DNA of 14,069 nucleotides. Source: an uncultured bacterium (GTDB lineage Bacteria > Caldisericota > Caldisericia > B22-G15). The notes below the pieces were generated by a model. That model was not told the DNA's origin. It was given only the letters and a program-made list of their open reading frames with translations, and searched no databases. Position numbers and translations under genes: made by a program. This document shows, one piece after another, positions 7,868-14,069 of the stretch (positions are counted from its first letter, which is position 1; each line of letters opens with the position of its first letter). The stretch is from positions 1-14,069 of the forward strand of contig CBFDTJ010000037.1 in assembly GCA_965612865.1 (NCBI GenBank), written 5' to 3'.

Positions 7868-7896
7868 TTGACAAGTCCAACTTTTTAATGTAAAAT
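7868..7896 (+). promoter_or_regulatory. Sigma70/sigmaA promoter of grpE-dnaK-dnaJ
   Basis: TTGACA (7868-7873), 17-nt spacer, TAAAAT (7891-7896). Confidence 0.85.
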
Positions 7897-7907
7897 TTTT
7901 CTTGAAA

Positions 7908-7934
7908 TTAGCACTTAAAGGTTTTGAGTGCTAA
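7908..7934 (+). promoter_or_regulatory. CIRCE element (HrcA operator)
   Basis: TTAGCACTT-N9-GAGTGCTAA, one mismatch to the consensus TTAGCACTC-N9-GAGTGCTAA; lies between the -10 box and the grpE SD. Confidence 0.95.
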
Positions 7935-7947
7935 AAAAGGAGGTGGT

Positions 7948-8454
7948 ATGACTAAGAGAGAAGATCTTACCCCGTATCTTATTGAGGTTATAAAGGATAA
8001 AGAGAGAAAGATAAAAGAACTTAAAGAAGAGATAAGAGCTCTTTCTTTCCTTATAAAAAAAGAAAGGAGAGAGTTCAGGCATTTTCAGAAAAAAATCGAG
8101 AGAGAGGAAGAAAAAAGAAAACTAAGCCAGAGAGGCGAGATAATATCCTCTCTTCTTAATATACTTGATAGCTTTGAAGGAGCCAAGATAAATTTTAAAG
8201 ATGAGAAATTAAGAAAAGGACTTGAACTTATAGAGAAACAATTTATAGATTTTTTAAAAAATGAAGGAGTGGAGGAGATTGGAAAAACAGGAGAATCCTT
8301 TAATCCACACATTCATCAGGTTGTATCCATAGATTTAACCAATGATGAAGAAAAGGACGGCAAGATAAGCGCTGTTTTAAGGAAAGGTTACAAAATAGGT
8401 GATTTACTTTTAAGACCTGCCTATGTCAAGGTATATAAAAAGGAGGTGAACTGA
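7948..8454 (+). CDS. grpE: Nucleotide exchange factor GrpE; start moved from TTG 7924 to ATG 7948
   Basis: [59 protein letters not shown] at 7937-7944; directly upstream of dnaK. Confidence 0.93.
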   Translation: MTKREDLTPYLIEVIKDKERKIKELKEEIRALSFLIKKERREFRHFQKKIEREEEKRKLSQRGEIISSLLNILDSFEGAKINFKDEKLRKGLELIEKQFIDFLKNEGVEEIGKTGESFNPHIHQVVSIDLTNDEEKDGKISAVLRKGYKIGDLLLRPAYVKVYKKEVN

Positions 8455-8455
8455 C

Positions 8456-10294
8456 ATGGGAAGAATCATAGGGATAGACCTTGGTACATCTAACTCTGCT
8501 GCTGCAGCTATCATTGGCGGAAAGCCAACAATAATACCTGCTGCAGAAGGAACTTCTCTTGGAGGAAAAACTGTTCCCTCTGTAGTTGCTTTTACTAAAG
8601 ATGGACAACTCCTTGTTGGAGAACCTGCAAGGAGGCAGATGGCTTTAAATCCTGAAGGGACAGTTACAGGTATAAAGAGAAAGATGGGAACAGACTATAA
8701 GGTAAAGATATTTGGAAAAGAATACACCCCTGAACAAATATCAGCTTTTATTCTTCAAAAGATAAAAAAGGATGCAGAAGCATTCCTTGGAGAAAAGGTT
8801 GAAAAAGCTGTAATAACTGTTCCTGCATATTTTAATGATAATCAGAGACAGGCTACAAAGAATGCAGGAAAGATTGCGGGACTTGAGGTTGTAAGGCTTA
8901 TAAACGAGCCTACTGCTGCAGCTTTTGCATACGGACTTAACAAAAGTGAAGAGGAATTAAAGATCCTTGTTTTTGACTTTGGTGGCGGAACCCTTGATGT
9001 AACCATAATGGATTTTGGAGAAGGAGTTTTTCAGGTTATCTCAACTGCAGGTGATACCCAGCTTGGTGGAAGAGATATGGATGAAGCATTGATGAATTAT
9101 GTCATTGAGCAGTTCAAAAAAGATACAGGAGTCGATTTAAGAGAGGATAAACAAGCTCTTCCAAGGCTGAGAGAAGCAGTGGAGAAAGCCAAGATTGAAC
9201 TTTCCAGTGTTCTTGAAACAGAAATAAACCTTCCTTTTATAACAAGCATTGGAAATGAACCAAGACATCTTGTTATGAGGGTTTCAAGAGCTCTGCTTGA
9301 GGAACTTGTAAAGCCCATAGTGGATAAGTGTAGAGGTCCTTTAACCCGCGCCCTTGAAGATGCAAAACTTGAGCCAAAGGATATAGACAAGATAATCCTT
9401 GTAGGTGGACCTACAAGGATGCCAATAGTTCAGAAGTTTATCGAGGATTTCTTTGGCAAACCCCCTGAGAGGGGAATTGACCCTATGGAGTGTGTGGCTA
9501 CTGGAGCAGCTATTCAGGCAGGAATAATAGAAGGAAGTGTCAAACAGGAAATAGTTCTTCAGGATGTTACACCTCTTACTCTTGGAATTGAAACCCTTGG
9601 AGGGGTTTTTACGAAGATGATAGAGAGAAATTCCCCTATACCTATAAAGAAAACTCAGGTTTTCACAACTGCAGCAGACAATCAGACCTCTGTAGAAGTT
9701 CACATACTTCAGGGAGAGAGACCGCTTGCCAAAGACAATGTTTCCCTTGGTAGATTTATACTTGATGGAATCCCACCTGCTCCAAGAGGTGTTCCAAAGA
9801 TAGAAGTAACCTATGAGATAGATGAGAATGGGATACTCCATGTAACTGCAAAGGATCTCGGAACTGGTAAAAGTCAACACATAACAGTAACAAACGCTGT
9901 AAGGCTTTCTGAAGAGGAGGTAGAAAAAATGAGAAAAGAGGCAGAAAAATTTGCAGAGGAGGATAAAAAGAGGAAGGAAGAGATAGAGTTAAGGAATACT
10001 GCTGATCAGATAATTTACACTGGAAGAAAGACCCTTAGAGAGAACAAGGATAAGGTGAGTAAAGATGTCTATGAGAATGCCGAGAAAAAGATTAATGAAC
10101 TTGAGAAACTCCTTAAAGAAAACAAGATGGATGAGATAAAAAAGAAGATTGATGAGGTAAATGAGGCACTTGCAAAGATTGGAGAGGAGATATACAAAAA
10201 AACTCAAACGCAACAGAAACCGCCAGAAGACAAAAACAAAAAGGATAAAGGAGACGACAAAGGAACCATTGACGGAGACTACGAAGTTAAGTAA
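8456..10294 (+). CDS. dnaK: Chaperone DnaK (Hsp70)
   Basis: [75 protein letters not shown]. Confidence 0.99.
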   Translation: MGRIIGIDLGTSNSAAAAIIGGKPTIIPAAEGTSLGGKTVPSVVAFTKDGQLLVGEPARRQMALNPEGTVTGIKRKMGTDYKVKIFGKEYTPEQISAFILQKIKKDAEAFLGEKVEKAVITVPAYFNDNQRQATKNAGKIAGLEVVRLINEPTAAAFAYGLNKSEEELKILVFDFGGGTLDVTIMDFGEGVFQVISTAGDTQLGGRDMDEALMNYVIEQFKKDTGVDLREDKQALPRLREAVEKAKIELSSVLETEINLPFITSIGNEPRHLVMRVSRALLEELVKPIVDKCRGPLTRALEDAKLEPKDIDKIILVGGPTRMPIVQKFIEDFFGKPPERGIDPMECVATGAAIQAGIIEGSVKQEIVLQDVTPLTLGIETLGGVFTKMIERNSPIPIKKTQVFTTAADNQTSVEVHILQGERPLAKDNVSLGRFILDGIPPAPRGVPKIEVTYEIDENGILHVTAKDLGTGKSQHITVTNAVRLSEEEVEKMRKEAEKFAEEDKKRKEEIELRNTADQIIYTGRKTLRENKDKVSKDVYENAEKKINELEKLLKENKMDEIKKKIDEVNEALAKIGEEIYKKTQTQQKPPEDKNKKDKGDDKGTIDGDYEVK

Positions 10295-11376
10295 TGAAAA
10301 AGGATTACTATGAGATACTGGGGGTGGATAGGAATGCCACCCCCGAGGAGATAAAAAGAGCATATAGGAGACTTGTAAAGAAGTATCATCCTGATTTACA
10401 CAAAGACGATCCAGAAGCTGCCAAAAAGATGGCAGAGATAAATGAGGCATACGAAGTTCTCTCAGATCCAGAAAAGAGAAAGAGATACGATATGTATGGA
10501 TCCGCTGATATACCAACTGGTGGATTCTCCTACGACCAGGAAAGACCTTTCGGTGATTTCTTTAAGGATTTTGATTTTGGATTTGAAGATATATTTGATA
10601 CATTCTTTGGTGGTTTCGGTACAACAAGAGAAAGAAGAAAAGAAAGGGTAAGAAGAGGAGGAGATTTATATTACAGACTAACCATAGATTTAATAGATGT
10701 TTTAAAAGGAGCTGAAAAAGAGATAGAGATTGAGAGGGAAGAGATTTGTGATAGGTGTGGTGGAACTGGTGTTGAGCCTGGTTTTGAAAAGGAAGTCTGC
10801 CCTGAATGTGGTGGTACAGGACAGGTTAAAAGAGTTCAAAGAACCATATTTGGTCAGTTTGTCACCGTTACTGTGTGTCCAAGATGTCATGGTGAAGGCT
10901 ACATAAACACACATCCATGTGAAGTTTGTGGGGGAAGTGGTGTGGTAAGAAAGAAGAGGAGAATTAAAATAAAGATACCACCTGGAATAGAAGATGGGAT
11001 GAGGATTCGGCTTAAAGGACAGGGTAATCAGGGAAGGAATGGCCTTAATGGAGATCTTTATATAGAGGTAAAGGTTAGACCACATCCACTTTTAAAAAGA
11101 GAAGGAGAAAATCTCTTTTATGAAGCTCAAATACCTCTTATAACAGCTCTTCTTGGTGGAAGCATAACCATACCAACTCTTGAGGGAGAAAAGGTTATAA
11201 ATATAAAACCAGGATTACAATTTGGAGAAAAAATAAGATTGAAGGGAGAGGGTTTACCACTCCTTGGAAGAAGAGGAAGAGGGGATTTATATGTAATAGC
11301 AAACATAAAGATACCTACCAGGCTTTCAAAGACTGAGAGAAAACTTTTGGAGGAATGGAAAAAACTAAGGGGCTAA
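10294..11376 (+). CDS. dnaJ: Chaperone DnaJ (class A)
   Basis: J-domain [15 protein letters not shown] region with DIFDTFFGG; four CxxCxGxG repeats ([32 protein letters not shown]); TAATG overlap with dnaK. Confidence 0.99.
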   Translation: MKKDYYEILGVDRNATPEEIKRAYRRLVKKYHPDLHKDDPEAAKKMAEINEAYEVLSDPEKRKRYDMYGSADIPTGGFSYDQERPFGDFFKDFDFGFEDIFDTFFGGFGTTRERRKERVRRGGDLYYRLTIDLIDVLKGAEKEIEIEREEICDRCGGTGVEPGFEKEVCPECGGTGQVKRVQRTIFGQFVTVTVCPRCHGEGYINTHPCEVCGGSGVVRKKRRIKIKIPPGIEDGMRIRLKGQGNQGRNGLNGDLYIEVKVRPHPLLKREGENLFYEAQIPLITALLGGSITIPTLEGEKVINIKPGLQFGEKIRLKGEGLPLLGRRGRGDLYVIANIKIPTRLSKTERKLLEEWKKLRG

Positions 11377-11377
11377 A

Positions 11378-11818
11378 TTAGAATTTCTTTTCCTTCTCTT
11401 CCTTTGAAAATCCATACTTTCTTGCAAAGATTAACAATACAACAGCTGATACCCCGAGAAATATGTCAAGGGTGGAAATTGAAGGTCTCAGTAGCTTCCT
11501 TACTATTATAAATATAAGTGTATCAATCAGGACAAATGTTGAAAACCTTACGAGAACCACAGTTAACTCAAGGAGAATGGCAAGAAGTATTATATACGAA
11601 AGTATGTCCTCTACATGAGCAACAAGGTTTTGTTCAGGAATATGAAGAGCTTCGCTTATGTAGTAAGGGAGATATTTTAGTCCTATGAAGAAGAATAAAA
11701 GAGCAAGGATAGCAAGCACAATGTCAAGCACATTTATTAAATCTTTAAGCCAATTCCTGATTTTCTTAACACTCCCTCTTTCGAGGTCTTCTTGAGGTTC
11801 CTTTATAATAGGATTCAT
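11378..11818 (-). CDS. Small membrane protein of about 4 TM helices, PsiE-like family
   Basis: Hydrophobic segments with the ILLEL and LIFIIVRKLL pattern typical of PsiE-like proteins; 146 aa. Confidence 0.65.
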   Translation of the reverse strand: MNPIIKEPQEDLERGSVKKIRNWLKDLINVLDIVLAILALLFFFIGLKYLPYYISEALHIPEQNLVAHVEDILSYIILLAILLELTVVLVRFSTFVLIDTLIFIIVRKLLRPSISTLDIFLGVSAVVLLIFARKYGFSKEEKEKKF

Positions 11819-11825
11819 TAGTTTA

Positions 11826-11854
11826 AAATTACCAGAGAAGTTGTTTTATTTCAA
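11826..11854 (-). promoter_or_regulatory. Putative extended -10 promoter for the PsiE-like gene (leaderless geometry)
   Basis: Minus strand TTGAAA (11854-11849), 17 nt, TAATTT (11831-11826) preceded by TGG; 7 nt to ATG 11818; no SD. Confidence 0.5.
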
Positions 11855-11864
11855 CTGTTATAGG

Positions 11865-11892
11865 TTTACATAGATTTTATTTTTTGTAAACT
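11865..11892 (+). promoter_or_regulatory. Putative promoter for sfsA-cutA-M42 (leaderless geometry)
   Basis: TTTACA (11865-11870), 16 nt, TAAACT (11887-11892); 7 nt to ATG 11900; no SD. Confidence 0.5.
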
Positions 11893-11899
11893 TTTCCTT

Positions 11900-12613
11900 A
11901 TGAGGAAAATTATCAGGTATTCATGGGATAAAATGGGAGAGTTTATAGAGAGAAGAAATAGATTCCTTGGTATTGTGGGGGTAGAGGGGAAATTGTTGAA
12001 AGTTCATATACATGATTCAGGAAGACTTGAGGAAATACTCTACAAAGGCAATACTGTTTTTATAAAGAAAGCAAGGGGAGAAAAAAGAAAAACACACTGG
12101 GACCTGCTTTTAGGTAAAGTAAATGAGTATCTTATTCCTGTAAACTCTGCCTATCACCGTAAGATATCAGAGGTTTTAATAAAAAAGCTAAAGATCTTTG
12201 GGGATATTAAGGATGTAAAGCCAGAATTTAAATTTAAGGAGAGTAGAATTGATTTTTTCCTTGAAAAGGAGAATGGAGAGAATCTACTTGTAGAAGTTAA
12301 AGGATGCACACTTTCAAAAAATAAAGTTGCTCTTTTTCCAGATGCTCCAACATCAAGGGGGGCAAAGCACATAAATAGTTTGATTTCTGCTGTGAGAGAG
12401 GGATTTCAACCTTACCTTCTTATCCTTGTATTAAGACCGGATTCGACCTGTTTTCTTCCCAATAAGGAGAATGACCCCTATTTTGCAAAGGTTTTTTATA
12501 AAGGATTAAAGGAGGGTATAAAAGTAAAGCCGATTCTTATTGAGTATAAAGATGGATGGTTATATTATAAAGGTGAAATACCTTTATGTGGAAAGGAGGT
12601 AGAGGGTAAATGA
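11900..12613 (+). CDS. sfsA: DNA/RNA nuclease SfsA (sugar fermentation stimulation protein)
   Basis: RRNRF, HIHDSGRLEE, RKTHWDL, ESRIDF, VEVKGCTL, FPDAPTSRGAKH. Confidence 0.96.
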   Translation: MRKIIRYSWDKMGEFIERRNRFLGIVGVEGKLLKVHIHDSGRLEEILYKGNTVFIKKARGEKRKTHWDLLLGKVNEYLIPVNSAYHRKISEVLIKKLKIFGDIKDVKPEFKFKESRIDFFLEKENGENLLVEVKGCTLSKNKVALFPDAPTSRGAKHINSLISAVREGFQPYLLILVLRPDSTCFLPNKENDPYFAKVFYKGLKEGIKVKPILIEYKDGWLYYKGEIPLCGKEVEGK

Positions 12614-12942
12614 ATTCGGGATATAGTTACATTCAGGTTGTTACCACAATGGATGATCTGGACACCTTAAAGAAGTTGTCCATGCTTCTTCTGAAAGAGA
12701 AACTTGCTGCATGTGTTCAGATATCTGAATTAGAGGAGTCAGTCTACATATGGGAGGAAAAGATAGAGAGAGCAAAAGAGTATATATGTGTCATAAAAAC
12801 AAGGAAAGAGCTCTATAAAAAGATTGAAGAGGTGATAAAGAAAAATCACCCTTACTCTGTTCCTGAAATTGTGGCAATTCCAGTTATAGATGGAAATAAA
12901 GATTATTTTAACTGGATTGATGAAGTAACATTAAAAGAATAA
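12610..12942 (+). CDS. cutA: Divalent-cation tolerance protein CutA
   Basis: KLAACVQI, SVYIWE, IKT, HPYSVPEIVAIP, YFNWI; ATGA overlap with sfsA. Confidence 0.96.
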   Translation: MNSGYSYIQVVTTMDDLDTLKKLSMLLLKEKLAACVQISELEESVYIWEEKIERAKEYICVIKTRKELYKKIEEVIKKNHPYSVPEIVAIPVIDGNKDYFNWIDEVTLKE

Positions 12943-12955
12943 AGTGAGGTGAGGT

Positions 12956-14002
12956 ATGAATTTAGATTTACTCAAAAAACTTGTTGAAACACCAGGGGTT
13001 AGCGGTTTTGAGACAAAGATAAGAGAGGTAATCAAAGATGAAGTAAAAAAGATGAATCCTGATGAAGTCTATGAAGATACCCTTGGAAATTTAATTGTTG
13101 TAAAGAAGGGGGAAAGAAAGGATACTATTCTATTTATGGCACATATGGACGAACTGGGAATGGTAGTTTCATCCATTGATGAGAAAGGATTTATTGGGTT
13201 TCAGAAGCTGGGAGGAATAGATGATAGAGTGCTTGTTTCAAGAGCTGTAAGACTTATCACAGAGGATAAGGAAATCTATGGAGTTATAGGTATAGTTCCA
13301 CCCCATTTATCTGTTGAGAAGGAAATGGAAGGTAAGATTACTCCCTGGTATAAACTCCAGATAGATATTGGAGCAAAATCGAAGGAAGAGGTTATTTCCC
13401 TGGGTATAAATCAGGGTACACCGATAGTATTTAAGAAGGATTTCATTCAACTCAACAATGATCTTATTGTGTCAAGAGGACTTGACGATAGATTCGGCTG
13501 TTTTATCCTTATAAACTTACTTGAGATGTTTAGAAAGACAAAACCACTGAATACATTGGTCTTTGTCTTTACGACAGAAGAAGAGATTGGGTTGAGGGGA
13601 GCATCAGTTATTGCTCCTCGAATAAATCCGTTATTAACTGTTGCGGTGGATTCAATATCGGCATCAGATTTCTCTTTAGTTAGCCTGCCTTATAAGAATT
13701 CTGTTGTTGTCGGAAAGGGACCTGTGATAAGAAAAGTTGACAGAAGAATGGTTGTGGATGAGAAGCTTTTTGGTTTCTTTTCTGAGTTTATGAATGCAAA
13801 AAATATAGAATTTCAAATTGGTGTAACCGGTGGTTCTACCGATGCATCCATTGTTGAAACTGAGGGATTGGGTTATCAGTCTATTCCTCTTTGTTTCCCT
13901 TTAAGATATACCCACTCTACAGTGGAAGTTGTTTCATTGAAAGATGGAGAAACTTTGATTAGGTTGCTTTATGAACTTGCCACAATTCAAATAAAAATAT
14001 GA
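12956..14002 (+). CDS. M42 family (TET/FrvX-like) metallo-aminopeptidase
   Basis: PGVSGFE, MAHMDELG, LGGID, GLDDRFG, TEEEIGLRGA, AVD, GSTDAS, RYTHS; metal ligands appear intact; SD GAGGTG upstream. Confidence 0.93.
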   Translation: MNLDLLKKLVETPGVSGFETKIREVIKDEVKKMNPDEVYEDTLGNLIVVKKGERKDTILFMAHMDELGMVVSSIDEKGFIGFQKLGGIDDRVLVSRAVRLITEDKEIYGVIGIVPPHLSVEKEMEGKITPWYKLQIDIGAKSKEEVISLGINQGTPIVFKKDFIQLNNDLIVSRGLDDRFGCFILINLLEMFRKTKPLNTLVFVFTTEEEIGLRGASVIAPRINPLLTVAVDSISASDFSLVSLPYKNSVVVGKGPVIRKVDRRMVVDEKLFGFFSEFMNAKNIEFQIGVTGGSTDASIVETEGLGYQSIPLCFPLRYTHSTVEVVSLKDGETLIRLLYELATIQIKI

Positions 14003-14069
14003 ATGAAGTTGGAGAGATAAAAGATTTATATAATAAGATAAAAAGGGATATAGAACAAAGAATAGATCA
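13999..14069 (+). CDS. 3'-truncated ORF (MNEVGEIKDLYNKIKRDIEQRID...), function uncertain; resembles the N-terminus of Ogg2-type N-glycosylase/DNA lyase
   Basis: ATGA overlap with the M42 stop; frame open to the window end; amphipathic helix recalls the I..R..EF start of Ogg2 proteins, but only 23 codons are visible. Confidence 0.4.
   Translation, partial: MNEVGEIKDLYNKIKRDIEQRID

Noticed and set aside
7924..7947. TTG start for grpE
   Set aside because: It lies inside CIRCE and upstream of the SD that serves ATG 7948
10745..10945. Repeated TGTGGTGG-like words
   Set aside because: Explained by the four CxxCxGxG zinc-finger repeats of DnaJ; not a CRISPR or DNA repeat element
8085..12372. Alternative ORFs overlapping grpE, dnaK, dnaJ and sfsA (e.g. 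9097-9390, 9341-9880, 9989-10516, 10442-10651, 10702-11085, 12154-12372)
   Set aside because: Shadow frames of conserved genes; long antisense ORFs opposite dnaK are a known artefact
11900..12613. SfsA nuclease as part of a defence system
   Set aside because: Neighbours are housekeeping genes; no methylase, cas, toxin-antitoxin or mobile genes are present
1..14069. CRISPR arrays, tRNA/rRNA, riboswitches, IS elements or prophage
   Set aside because: Coding density is very high, the longest intergenic gap is about 150 bp and is explained by promoters and CIRCE, and I saw no spaced repeats or recombinase genes

Overview
AT-rich bacterial sequence that is probably a metagenomic contig end. The K/E-rich proteins suggest a thermophile, and near-consensus sigma70 promoters, AGGAGGT Shine-Dalgarno (SD) sites and a CIRCE operator mark it as bacterial. 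Bases 1-70 are an untrimmed Illumina Nextera P5/i5 adapter fused in frame to a 5'-truncated glyA. The gene order is: (+) glyA', CBS-pair protein, CPA2 cation/H+ antiporter, Roadblock/LC7 protein; (-) TAXI-TRAP binding lipoprotein, DUF1850-like protein, fused TRAP permease, Ord/amine-dehydrogenase-family oxidoreductase; back-to-back sigma70 promoters with CIRCE; (+) grpE-dnaK-dnaJ with no adjacent hrcA; (-) PsiE-like membrane protein; (+) sfsA, cutA, M42 aminopeptidase and a truncated ORF. I saw no mobile elements, CRISPR arrays or RNA genes, so this is mostly housekeeping DNA. The best candidates for something undescribed are a TAXI-TRAP importer coupled to an amine-dehydrogenase-family enzyme, a CBS/CPA2/orphan Roadblock module, a Thermoplasmatales-like DnaK under CIRCE control, and a pair of apparently leaderless divergent genes. 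All family calls come from motif recognition by eye, not from database searches.
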